Origin: Octopus bimaculoides
Taxonomy: Eukaryota
Reading direction: 5' to 3'
Assembly: GCF_001194135.2 (NCBI RefSeq)
Contig: NC_068982.1
Span: 183,071,588-183,135,587, forward strand
Length of the DNA stretch: 64,000 nucleotides
A model generated the notes under the pieces. The model saw only the letters and a program-made list of their open reading frames with translations, ran no database searches and was not told the DNA's origin. Positions within the stretch are counted from its first letter, which is position 1. Each line of letters begins with the position of its first letter. Both the position numbers and the translations under genes were made by a program. This document shows, piece by piece, positions 21,412 to 34,390 of this stretch.

Positions 21412-23912
21412 ATCAAGTGCTGTAGTTAAGTGAAGCTGGTAACAGAACTTGTCAGCATATGTCTTGAGTTTCTCGACATATTCCAGCAATGGTTACAGGT
21501 AATATAGTCACATTTTCGATGTTGTTGTTATTAAGAAAATTTTCAAGCTCCAAACTAAATAATTCTAAAGTAATTTACCAGTGGCAAAGGTTTTCAGCAT
21601 CCTATCTTAACTAACAGGCATATTAAGCTTTTGCCTGCCCATATTATTTTGGTAATTTTGTCTCAAACGTCCGTGCTTGTTTTCAGACGTTTTGTTAGCT
21701 CTTGTTTCATACGCTCTGAGCAATATAAAGCTTCTCATAAGTCTCAAGTTACTCTGTTAGTTGAAAAACATTTGGAATGCGTGTCATATATGATGCATGG
21801 GTGCCAGAGAAATATGTCTTGTGTATTACATGTAATACAGATGGCAGGCAAAGGGTTCAGCAAAAGAAATTTTGTATTCTTTCACACATTCATAGAAGGG
21901 TAGCTTCATTATCCAACCCCACCCGCTTCTATACTCCTTCATGCCTCTGGTATTTAATTCCATCCTCACACTTTCTAAATTCAAGTACCTCCAATGTAGT
22001 TTCTGTTTCCCATCCATTTATGATTAACGAAATAAATAACAGAAATATTCTGGAGGAGTGGAATGTCAATTCACCAAATTCTTCTCCTGTTTGTTTGTGA
22101 TCTTATGTCGTATCACCATTACTATTTTGATTTTTGTCAATTAACTAAAGCATTGTGTTAAACGATTTGGTTTTATCTCTCTAAATTTTCAGCCCAAATC
22201 CTACCCAATAATAACTATATTCAGAAGACTCTTCTTATTCACAATAATACTCCTAATTGAACGAATACTGACTCATAGGATTTTAGATCGAATCTAGTGT
22301 AAGTGCTTCTAACTAATACAAAGCAGTTTAATTAACTTTAGGATGAAGATATACGGATTTTATGGAGAAGTTAACTGAGATTATTATAATCCAGACGATA
22401 AGGAAAATTTTCTCTCAGACACTTAAACTAATTTGATGATCCCCACGGGAGAAGTATTTTGGGATGGTTTTCAGTTGTTGTTGTTGTTGTTGTTGTTTTA
22501 TATCTCCCTGTCAGCTCTGATCGAGGACATATTATGGAAGGATTTTCAACCATTAACTCCTAAAACATTATCTAGTTTGTCCTTCCATTTTTTTTAAAGA
22601 AGGATGATTGTAATCTGAGTAAGATTTCGCTATGGTTTCTACTACTTTACCCACCATATAAACACTTCCAGACTTCCTCGTTTCTTATTACTTTTTTGCA
22701 TGGCTGGGGGGCAGGGAGAATGTAAGGATCTGCAAAGAATCTGACCAAAATAGAGTGGATTGGTGCAATGGAAAGTATTTTGGAATTAGAATGTTACCTT
22801 GGTTATTTCTGAAAATCCTCATCATCACCCCTCACTGCTCTTAGAAGTTCAGCTAACATTATTCAGTGTCTTTTTGTGCTTCTTTCGAGGTGAAGGGTAA
22901 GGTGTTTAAATTATATTCAGTTAATTTATTCCAACTCAAACTTGTGTTTAATGAATTTTAATTTTATATAACAGTACTGATCTTCCACATATCGTAACAT
23001 ATCGAATCGCTGACCTTTTAACCTTATATGGCAACACTGACCTCCAACATTATAGTGCATTGTTGATCTTTTGAGATTATATCGCATCACCCACCTTTCT
23101 CATAATATTTTATCGCTGGCCTTTTATATTATATTTCTAGTGTTCTCGGTTCTCCCAGGCTACGACAACAGTACCGCTTCACAATCACCAACTATTTCAT
23201 CATTCTGGTCATCATCGTTGCTATACCTTATCCTGAGGAGAACTGTGATTAGATACAGCTCCTCAGAATTCAACCTACCTCCGAAGGAACTGGACATCAA
23301 GGGTACAGAACGGGTAACACACATCAATAAAATATACGCAATTATTAGTTCTCCCTCTTGTTTTTCTTCATAAAAACTGTCATTGGCGCTATTTTTTTTT
23401 ATCGTTATGGGTGTCATTTCTATTTACTAAACATTTTTACGATTCACTATTATTATGTTAGCATATATATTTAAATATAATATACATCCATATCTTTGGT
23501 ATTTTAGCCTACTTTCGATGGGGTGAGGTTTTCAGATTATATTCAGATAATTTATTCCAACTCGTGTTTAATGAAGTTTGATTTTTTAATAATATACTGC
23601 AATACATTTTGTATGCTTGTCCACACTAAAATATAATGTTCAGTCACACAATATGTACGTTACGTTATACCTAAATATAACATATGGCTGCACATTAAGT
23701 ACGTTAGCTCACACTTAAATTATAATATGCGGTCATACATCAGTCTATGCGGTAAATACATTTAGAACCAAAATTAGTTGATCTTTAAGAGGCAAATCAC
23801 TCTGATTCGTTACATTAATCTTGTTTGCGCTACAGGTAGATCAAAATGGTACAACCTAACACCGCTGCCGCTGCATAAATTTGTATACTCGTATGTTTGC
23901 CATGTGTATGTG

Positions 23913-23950
<38 letters not shown>

Positions 23951-23960
23951 NNNNNNNNNN

Positions 23961-24005
<45 letters not shown>

Positions 24006-24299
24006 ACTATGCTAATATGCTTGTATATCTGTAACAATGTATGTATGTATGTATCTATGTATGTATGTATACGTGTTTGTGTGTATGTGTGTACTTATGG
24101 ATAGATGGGGAGGGGCACAAGAGGCAGGGTCGACGCCTAGCTGAATTGTTACGAAATTCGCTTCACAGTCATGGGGTGTTGGGTTCATCCGACTCTGTGG
24201 AAACTTGATCACATATCATTTAATGCAGTTTCGTGTCAACCTATGTCTTCAATGTGAAACTGAGGGTCGTAGGTTGGAAGATCGTCTGATGGTTTGATT

Positions 24300-24780
24300 G
24301 TATTTGTAATTCAAACGTCCGTTCTTGTCGTGCAATGTACTACACTAAGTGTCTTTACTGTCCAGCCTGGCACCCAGATGCTTGTGAACACAAGATACGT
24401 AAAGGGTAAGGATTTATAGAAGATTTCTTGCTTCGACCACTCATGGATAACACAATGGAAGAAGACAATTATGAAGGTGTATCTAGTCTGTTTGCCAAAA
24501 AAAAAAGGTCTTTCTTGGAAAATGGTAATGGGCTTCACAAATGATGGAACTCCATGCAATGTTGGGTTGTAAACCCAGTTTTTTAGAAAGCTGGTTAAAT
24601 GTCAACACTGATATAAAAAAAAATGCACTGTGTGCTTCATGAGAATGTATCATGCACAAAGACGCTGTTTTGTGCTCTCTGATTCGTTGTCGGTATGGTG
24701 AGCTTAAATCTCTGAACAAAAGGGCCCAACGTTACTGTGTTAAGAATTAAAGGTTGAGAAAGAGGCACTTTCGTTTCACA
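24300..24780 (+). mobile_element. hAT (Buster/Charlie-type) transposase remnant
   Basis: Frameshifted QMLVNTRYV, EDFLLRPL, GLSWKMVMGFTNDGTP, MHCVLHE. Fits QLLV.VRY, EDFLFC, LSW..CVG.CTDGAP, HC.IHRE. Confidence 0.7.
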
Positions 24781-25143
24781 CAAGAGTGTGATGAATTTCA
24801 AGAGGTAATATCATAGACCGAGTCGGAGTGAGGAAAAATTAAATGAAAGAATTATTTTTCGAGAAATCGTCAGGATAATTAATGCAATTGTCACGGGTAG
24901 TTTTATGATGTTTCGCCGACGATAGCTGGTTATGTTAATGAATGAAAATACGTTTCTTGGCTGCGTGAGGAAGTAACTGAATAACACACGCGAACATTCA
25001 CGAGAAGAGTTTATTGTCGCATATAAAGGCGAACTGTGCTGGTCATTTACAATTAACAACTGCAATAGTTACAGACCGGGAGAGAGATACTGCTCTGGGA
25101 TTACAGAAAGCTAGTAGTATAACATGCGATTTATCCAACATAC

Positions 25144-25240
25144 CTTGAATCAATTGCACTATCATCGTGGCGACGGAGGTTCTTGAACATCTGTCTGAGC
25201 CGTGTGTCTTGGCCGTCTTCCAGAGGGGTTGTCTGGCTGT
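25144..25240 (-). other. Putative first exon of a heat-inducible transcript (lncRNA or small ORF)
   Basis: Runs from the inferred TSS to CAAG|GTATGT. Contains ATGs at 25190 (MFKNLRRHDDSAIDS..) and 25165 (GCCACGATG context). No protein recognised. Confidence 0.45.
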
Positions 25241-25270
25241 GAAAATGCGCGCCGAGCGGGTTTTATAGGG
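25236..25270 (-). promoter_or_regulatory. TATA box plus Inr-like core promoter
   Basis: Minus strand reads CCCTATAAAACCCGCTCGGCGCGCATTTTCACAGCC. TATAAAA is at 25267-25261, and the CA dinucleotides are 27-29 nt downstream. The spacer is CpG-rich. Confidence 0.65.
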
Positions 25271-25283
25271 AATCAGAAGTCAA

Positions 25284-25303
25284 ATTCCAGAATGTTCGAG
25301 AAA
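25284..25303. promoter_or_regulatory. Heat shock element (HSF1 site), 4 perfect inverted nGAAn units
   Basis: aTTCcaGAAtgTTCgaGAAa at 25284-25303, lying -45 to -63 from the inferred minus-strand TSS. Confidence 0.8.
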
Positions 25304-25514
25304 ACCTAGCCCAGACCATCTATTCACTCTAGTTGGTCGGTTAATAGACAGATCACGTGAAACTATGATGGTTTGGTCGTGATGTCTGCCCGCTTTCGAA
25401 TCATCCCTATTCAATCAAATTTACAGATAAACTTTATCACAACCAGTGAAATAGAACTAACCTACCTGAATATAACATTATGATAAATGACTAACATTTT
25501 GTAATTGTGCATTT

Positions 25515-25516
<2 letters not shown>

Positions 25517-25549
<33 letters not shown>

Positions 25550-26030
25550 ACCCATACATTTTACAATCTATATTTCACAGTCTGTCAACAAACACGGTAA
25601 AAAAATTTTTTTGAAAGACCTCTTAAAAGAAATGTAAAGATTTGTTGGGTTATATTGGCTGGAGTACACTGTGCCTAAAACTGGAAACGGAGTGGTCATG
25701 GCAGAAATATCTCTGAACATAGGTCTACTCAATCTAGTGCCTAACAAGTATAACAAAACATTCTATATTATGATGCAGTTACGATCAGCATTGACAAGGG
25801 TGGTAACTCCATTACATCCGATTATCTCCCTTGGCGTATTGTTTCTAGAGTTATTTCCCTTATTCTTTCTGTTTTGCGGGGAATATACTTTATCGTTGTT
25901 ATTTCGTTGATTAGAATAGTGTTTTACATCTTTCAGAGTGTATATGATATTATTGGTTCTATGTTTCATTCCATAACGTTGCATTTCGATTGAATATCTT
26001 CGCGATATTGTTGGCAATATAACAAGATGA
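25517..26030 (-). mobile_element. Probable LINE (L1/Tx1-like) 3' remnant with poly(A) tail
   Basis: A ~31-nt T run at 25517-25547 (poly A on -) follows broken minus-strand reading frames. Family assignment is weak. Confidence 0.35.
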
Positions 26031-26229
26031 GTGAATTTATCGACAATTTGAAGCTTTTCTGGGAGGGATATTTGATTCAGGAAAGTTCGAAAGGCATATC
26101 ATCGAAGTCTGCAAAGTCTTACACGACAATGTGGATTGAACAATGTTAGCAGGTTAACTGCGCCAATTTTACTTTATTTACTTTACAAATTTGTAAGCAC
26201 TCTCAATTGAAAATTACTGTTTCCTCTCT

Positions 26230-26266
<37 letters not shown>

Positions 26267-26740
26267 GTTAGTTTCTTTTTGAATATATCTTTTCGGTTCT
26301 TCAAACATAACTGGTACAGCTATGATCAGAGATGACCAAAGGTCAACAATAATATATACATAGATATATATAACAATAACATAAAGACCAAACACTTTTT
26401 AATTTTCCTCAATTTAATTTATTATCACATCTTTGTATACTTTCTTTTCATGCAAAAAAAAAACAAAAAATTCAAGAGATACAGAAAAGCTGCTCTGATT
26501 GGTCATTTGCAGGGTGACGTTGCAATGGGTACATAACTCTTTAGAGCTGGCAGTAGAGGGCAGCACTCTACTGCTAGCTTTTTTTTTTAACCTTTACAGC
26601 ATCACACCTTTTCACTGATTATAATCTTTTTTTTTTTACTTTTTTCTTTATATTTTCTTTTTAATTTTGTGAAATATTTCAGAATAACAAACAACTTGAG
26701 AGGCTTTGTGTGTGCATGTGTATTTGTGTGTGCATGTATA

Positions 26741-26777
<37 letters not shown>

Positions 26778-27994
26778 ACACGCATACATAATTCTAAATA
26801 CCCCTTTCTATCTATCTGGTCAAGACTACAAATCTAAAATATATATACACAGTTTTTACGTGTGTATATACATTGATTTATGAGTGTGTATGTCTGAGTA
26901 CAAACATACATGTGTGTGTGTCTGTGTGTGTTTGTAAAGGTGAAAGTCTGTGTTTAGGATAAAGTACTCAATACACAAAGAAGAGTAGATATTTTATTAG
27001 AAGTTGAAATTTCTGGATGTGTAGCACTGAGTGTGATGTTACTTATTATTCAAATGATTGAAGTAGGAAAACAGTATGATGATGATATATAAGCAAAAAT
27101 ATTTGCAAACATTGAGATTCTATAGCTGAGGCCAACCTTAAGAAAATGAATCACCCATTCAGTTATAATGCAAATAACACACGGCATTGCCATCTGTTAC
27201 TGTGCAAAAACACATTTTGTTTCCCCATGTTCAGTACCATATGTATAAATCACATACGAACAAGAAAGTTGGTCATTGATAACAATGTTTTAGTATTAAT
27301 GAACATCTTTTCTTATTTATATATCTATATTTCAGGGCATTACAAATTCTTTCTTTAGGAAATAAACAATTTTGCTAGTTGGTATTTGTAAATTACTTGA
27401 TAACATAAATGGTTCCAAGCTTAATCTCTGTTGAAGAATTCTTTAACCATGCTGCTCATTAGTACAACAATGCAATATTACTTCAAATATACAATATATT
27501 ATACACAGTACAATGCTAATATCAAAAAATGCAAAAATTGGAAACTAAATATTTTATGGTTTAATCCTCTTTGTAGTTTAAATCTTCATTCTCTTGTTGC
27601 ACAAACTGTCCTAAACCTTATAAGAAAACTATGTCCTTATAGAACATTTGGTTGAGTTCCAGTTGCACTGCTGCTTCTGTAGTCAGTATAAACAGAAGAA
27701 ACATTTCCAGCATGAACACACAAAATTTTTCTCAATGAAATTTCAGTATCTGCTACTTCAGTGCTATATGTCTTTCTATAGCATTAGTTTATCAAGCTAA
27801 GGATTTACTTGCAGATAAGTGATACAAAAAAGCAATATAGAGCTTACTGAAAATCTCTTTTAAAAAAGATTCTGAATGGATACATTCAGGTACTCAAATA
27901 GATGTCTCGTTCAAATATATCTGGAATTTAAATGAATTTACTCAGTTTTATAATTGTAAAACCGAGTGGTTCATTATAGAACACGCATCCTACG

Positions 27995-28190
27995 ATAATA
28001 ATCCTTTCTACTATAGGCAAAAGGCTTGAAATTTTAGGGAAGGGGGATAATTGATTAACTGGTACTTATTTCATTGACCCCGAAAGGATGGAAGGCAAAG
28101 TTGACTCTGGCAAATTATGAACTCAGATCATAAAGACAGGCAAAAAGCCACTAAACATTTTGCCCAGCATGCTAACAGTTCTGCCAACCC
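27995..28190 (-). mobile_element. SINE family A copy
   Basis: Reverse-complement match to 3796-4016. Confidence 0.8.
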
Positions 28191-28774
28191 TAGGTCCTAT
28201 TATAATAATGATACCAGAAAGTGTGATCTCTGTCTTTTACAGAAAGACAACAATCTATTATAGATTTTGAAATTTGTAACAAAAGATTAAAATCCGTGAA
28301 TTCTTGCAAAGATGCTTCCTTTGATATTCATTGGGGAATTGACAACAACAAACTAGCTAAAATAATTTACTCCCTACATAATGGATTTTCCATATCCTGA
28401 AAGATAGATCATAAAAATATTCATGAACAATATAAATTTATTAACAACAGCCATCACGCTAGCTCATGCGAATTTTATGCATATGACACTGAAGGTATGG
28501 GATATCATATGACGCGACGAAACTATGTGTTCTTGAAATGAAAATTGAATAGATGAATGTGTGACACATTTTGAAATGTTCTTCCTCAGCAACTAATCAA
28601 ATATGTATGTACTGTTGCCAATTCATATTTCAATGCTTCTAATAAAAATACAATGGAAGTGATTCCTTCTCCTTTTCTTCTGGTTTGCTCCTACTCCTAC
28701 AGTTTTTATTTGAAATTACTGAGCACTGTTACTTATACTAATAAGAGATCAAATTTATTTATATATATAGACGC

Positions 28775-29170
28775 AGATGTGACCGTGAGGCAACTAGCTT
28801 GCTTACCAACCACATGGTTCCAGTTTCAGTCCCACTGCGTGGTACCTTGAGCAAGTGTCTTCTACCATAGCCTTGGGCCAACCAAAGCAATGTAAGCGGA
28901 TTTGGTAGACAGAAACTGAAAGAAGCCTGTTGTATATATATATACATATATATATATATATGCGTATATGTTTGTGTGTCTGTGTGTTTGTGTCCCCCAC
29001 CACCATCACTTGACAACCGATGTTGGTGTGTTTACGTCCCTGTAACTTAGCGGTTCAGCAAAAGAGACCGATAGGCTTACAAAGAATAAGTCCTGGGGGT
29101 TGATTTATTCGACTAAAGGCGGTGCTCCAGCATGGCCGCAGTCAAATGACTGAAACAAATAAAAGAATAA
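28775..29170 (+). mobile_element. SINE family B full copy
   Basis: Same head, core, internal (TA)/(TG) tract and tail. Confidence 0.85.
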
Positions 29171-29174
29171 AAGA

Positions 29175-29212
<38 letters not shown>

Positions 29213-30018
29213 CACACACACACACACATGTACATACACATATATTTGTATATACACTTATATACATAAACATATATACATATACTCACACGCACGTATA
29301 TGTATATACATACATATATACCTACACATGCATATATGCGTATATGTATGCCTGTATATGTATATGTGAGTGCTATTTAATGTTGTTACCCTTTAGTTTT
29401 GTTAATAGTTATTTCTTTGATTCTCACCCACTGAAAGCTATTTCGTTCCATTCATTGTTTGCCTTATCAACTTCTTTATTGATTTATTTAATTAATTAGC
29501 ATAATTCATTGATTAATTGTTTATATCAGCATGATTTTAAGATCGTGATTACACTGTGGCCTCTGTACATTTTTCACATAATGAATATTTAAACCGAGTC
29601 AATTGATTAAAATCGTCACAGTGGCTTGTGCTCTTCAGAATATCAAGTACTCCACAAACACCCACCCACACACACACACACATATATATAGACGTGTGTG
29701 TTTGTGTGTGTATGCATATGTATATGTGTGTGTACATGTGTGTGCATGTGTGTGTGTGTGTGTGTACTTTGGGTAAACGATTAGGAGAAAAAGTACTTGA
29801 CAGATGTTAGAATTTTTTTGTTTTGTTTCCCAAAGCTGATGTTTAACTCAGTTGCTGCTCTGAGTTTCTTGCCACATGCAATACTTCAGGTGATAAAGCA
29901 ATCAATGTTTTTTAGTTCTTTTTTTTATCTTTTTTTTTTTTTCAATTTGGGCACCTGAAAGAAGGCATATTAGTGAAACTTCTAAGTAGCAACAGAGTAA
30001 ACCATTTGCTTTGAACAA

Positions 30019-30049
<31 letters not shown>

Positions 30050-30420
30050 TATATGTATATATATGTATATATATACATACATAGATGTGTGTTTAAATAC
30101 ACATGTTCAGATGCACATGGAGAATGACAGAGTGAAATAAATGTATTTTGTGTGTGTACACATACACACAAAAACACACACACATTTATATATGCAGACA
30201 CACTTATACAAACACACACACTAGTGTATATAGGTGGTAGTGTAGAACTATGAAGTTTGTTTTGTTTCTGTTTATCTTTGTTTTTTATTATTTCTGTCTG
30301 AGTGTAGAATGGTACCAGAAACATACGAAAGACAGTTGTGGCAGCCCCTATTGTCAGTCAACTGTTGCCCATATACTGTTTGTCTCTTGACTGAAATGAA
30401 TCTAATCAGAAAACCATCCC

Positions 30421-30454
<34 letters not shown>

Positions 30455-31652
30455 TATTTGTATCTTACAGATTTAATATTTTAGCAGAATAAAAAAAAAA
30501 ATCTCTACTTTGACTAATTTGCAACTTCATCTGAAACTTGGTATTTCAGATGAACCTTCGAATTAGTAAAAATGGAGTTTCTTTACTAAAATATTATTAA
30601 ATCTGTAAGATATCATCATTTGCTCTACAGTAGTTTATCTCATAGAAAATTTTCTGGCTCTTTGGATTTTTTGTCTGTTTTGACCATTGATTCAAGAAGT
30701 TATATATATATATATATATATAAATGTGTGTGTATTGTTTAATACCTATTTATTCTTCCATGTATCTATATCTATCTATCTATCTGTAACATCATACCAC
30801 ACAGCTGAACTATATTCACACAATTTCTCTCAGGTTTAAGATACTCAAATCTGTAAACCTAACTAACTTGCCTCAACTATAACATTAATTTATAAAATAG
30901 TTGTATTAAAGATGTGTGATGAGTAGTGGATTAATACCTCTTTGTTGCACTGTCCAGTCAGTGGAGAGACACATAACCAGAAGGAAGATTGTGTAGTGAA
31001 TGGTCAGTTTGAAAAGTTACATGTTGGGGAGAGGGTTGTATGGACAATAGTTGTTGTTGTTGTTGTTGTTGTTTAGCACCAGCTCTGCCCAAATCCATCA
31101 ATGATCGGATACATTCCAAAAGTGACCATTCAGTCATTTTATATATCAGGTATTAGATTACCTAAATGTCCATTATTTAAGAGGGTAGGGTCTGGTTGAA
31201 GGAGATTTAGCTGCTTTTCTAGCAGGTCGAGTAATTTCATTGTGGCTCCTTCATAGGGTCCAGACAGTCGGGATTTAGAGGAAAAGGCTCTTGTCTTTTG
31301 CAGGGAGTGGCTGTAAAGTAAATGTTTGGGCATGCTCTTGGAAGTATCGCAGAAATGGTCCAGCAGTAACACTGTTAAATGGCACAATGAACAACAACGG
31401 AGGACGAAACCTAATTAGTGACCCCGTTTATTTTATTATTTAGGGTTCTAATTACCGAGAATTGAACAGTTTGTCAGTATATACTATAGCTGCATGCCTA
31501 CAGCTAACTGACATGGTAGTCACTTGTCTATAATTGCAGATCATTATCTCACCACAGAATAGATACTTTGGTGAAGAATGGAGTTTCAATTAGAGACAAG
31601 ATCTTTATCTCTCTACACACTGGAATACTGGAGTTATCATCATTGTTACAAT

Positions 31653-31700
<48 letters not shown>

Positions 31701-32289
31701 CACTCATGCACACACATAAATATATATATATTAATGGAGCTTGATCAGAATTTCTGACAATGAGTAACGGGTTTTCAGTTGTTCACTCAACTGAATTTCC
31801 ACGTTCCCTGAATTAGCATGTAAGTGGCTGAATATCCCATGGTCACATTTATCTCAAAAGTGATTCTCCAGCATAATCAGCATGATATGGTGTGTGTGTG
31901 TGACAAGGTTGGATCTTTGAATTACTGATACAGACCATCCCAATTTCACTCACAAGGCACAGATCAATCCGAGATGCTTGCCCAAGATACCACGCAGTAG
32001 GATCAAACCCTGGACCTTGTAATTGGGAAGCAATATACATATACTCCCACACACATATGTATGTATCTTTCACTCTCTCTCTTTCTATATGTGTGTGTGT
32101 GTGTGTGTGTGTGTAAGTATGTATATATATATGTATTTTTCATTTTAGTCACTTAGTCCTCTCCAGACCCTCTTGATCCCTTGATCTCTGTTGTCAACAG
32201 AACTACAACTACCCTCTTCAGTCAAATTCTCTGTTTGCTGATTTTGAGAGAGGTAGCCCTGCATCTTCACAGACCTGCAAGATCCACCT

Positions 32290-32325
<36 letters not shown>

Positions 32326-32535
32326 CACATGTACACACTCATGTACACATACATATAATACACATATATATATTTGTGTGTGTGTGTGTGTGTGTGTAGG
32401 ATGTTGGCACCATGTTGCTTTTAACAGAATAGGTGACAGAGGAATAGATTGCATGTTATACATGAGTGTCACATTGTGAAAGATAAAAACCTGTGCCTAG
32501 AAGAGAGAGTATATGATTGTGTGAGCACATGTGTA

Positions 32536-32617
<82 letters not shown>

Positions 32618-32714
32618 TGTGTGCATGCACATGCATGTACATATGCATGTATAAGTGTATGTATCTTTTTGTGTATGCTTTAAGATACATCTTAAATCTA
32701 TTTATCCTGTGGTT

Positions 32715-33005
32715 CTATACTTGGTCTTTCACGGAAGCAATCTTAGTTTTTCTCGTTGGGGATGCCAAGCGTGATCGAACCCACTCCAATGCATGCATCA
32801 GTCGTTTGATATGCCGAGTGTCATGTACTACCCGCTGGACATCATTATCTGTCATGGACAACAAGCGTTCCATTGAAGAGAATCCCATCTTGATGAGATG
32901 TTCACCATACATTGGCAGACCAATGGAGATCAAAAAATCTCTCAATGAGGATATTTTCAGGTCACATGATGATAGGCAGGCTTTGGCCAATGATTCACTG
33001 GTCAT
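32715..33005 (-). CDS. SASH1: SASH1-like terminal exon, SAM2
   Basis: tttttttattacag| MTSESLAKAC...ISSLRDFLISIGLPMYGEHLIKMGFSSMERLLSM...RHIKRLMHALEW...KDQV*. Compare SASH1 SSVSDWLISIGLPMY. The ten exons total 2964 nt, or 988 codons. Confidence 0.93.
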   Translation of the reverse strand: MTSESLAKACLSSCDLKISSLRDFLISIGLPMYGEHLIKMGFSSMERLLSMTDNDVQRVVHDTRHIKRLMHALEWVRSRLASPTRKTKIASVKDQV

Positions 33006-33129
33006 CTGTAATAAAAAAAATATAAATATATAAGTGGTATTGATAATGGTGATGATAGTGATGACAATGGTGGTGGTGGTGGTGGTGGTGGAAAGAAGGA
33101 TCATGTTAATCAATACAACCTCAGAACGA

Positions 33130-33760
33130 ACTTTAATCCTTTAACATTTAAATTAGCCATTTTAGCCAAAACATCCTACCTGTTTTATTTTCAAACTGTC
33201 CAAATCCAGCCTCTCACATCTACCATACAATGTCATTCTAATAGTGAACAGGAGTGGCTGTGTGGTAAGTAGCTTGCTTACCAACCACATGGTTCCGGGT
33301 TCATTCCCACTGCGTGGCACCTTGGGCAAGTGTCTTCTACTATAGCTTCGGGCCGACCAAAGCCTTGTGAGTGGATTTGGTAGACGGAAATTGAAAGAAG
33401 CCCGTCATATATATGTATATATATATATATGTATGTGCGTGTTTATGTTTGTGTGTCTGTGTTTGTCGCCTCACTATCGCTTGACAACCGATGCTGGTGT
33501 GTTTACGTCCCCGCAACTTAGCGGTTCAGCAAAAGAAACCGATAGAATAAGTACTAGGCTTACAAAGAATAAGTCCTGGGGTTGATTTACTCGACTAAAG
33601 GCGGTGCCCCAGTATGGCTGCAGTCAAATGACTGTAACAAGTAAAAGAGTAAAAGAGTAACTGAAACCTCAAAGCTATGAGATAATATCTGATTAATTCA
33701 AATCAATATGAATAAATAAGCATTACATTTGACAGAGTAATCTGTATGCTAAAGAGTTGG
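33130..33760 (+). mobile_element. piggyBac-like MITE interrupted by a SINE
   Basis: MITE 5' half at 33130-33248 and 3' half at 33661-33760, with a full tRNA-head SINE between. Confidence 0.65.
33250..33660 (+). mobile_element. SINE family B full copy
   Basis: ggagtggctgtgtggtaagtagcttgcttaccaaccacatggttccgggttca...gtaaaagagtaaaagagtaa. Confidence 0.9.
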
Positions 33761-34154
33761 TATAACCATTATAATTTTAATGTCACTTCTGTAATAGTAA
33801 TACTCTCTCATGCATTGTGACATCTATGAAATTACTGCTTCATGCAATCTGTTGTCAGTCTGTCCTCGTGGTTATCCTAACACATCTTCCTATCTGTCAC
33901 AACACAATCTGTAATCAGCCCATCTTCACAGCTCAACCCTAACATATCAATGACATCTCACCCATCTCTTGTATCACCACAGACTCTGTGGTCATTCTCT
34001 CTTCACAATGAACCTTGACATATCTCCTTTATTTCTTGTGTCCTTAAACCACCCATAGTAAGTCTGTTCTAACACCTAACCTGAATATATCTTTCTATCT
34101 CTAATGTCATCACATTATCTGAAGTCTGTGTCCCCAACTAACTGAAGCCATCTT

Positions 34155-34390
34155 ATTTCTTTATAGCCCACAAGGGGCTAAACATAGAGGGGACAAACAA
34201 GGACAGGCAAAGGGATTAAGTCGATTTCATCGACCCCAGTGCGTAACTGGTACTTAATTTATCGACCCCAAAAGGATGAAAGGCAAAGTTGACCTTGGCG
34301 GAATTTGAACTCAGAACTTAACAGCAGACGAAATACCACTAAGCATTCCACCCAGCGCGCTAACACTTCTGCCAGCTCGCCGCCCTTAAA
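34155..34390 (-). mobile_element. SINE family A copy
   Basis: Reverse-complement match, ends gccagctcgccgcc. Confidence 0.85.
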
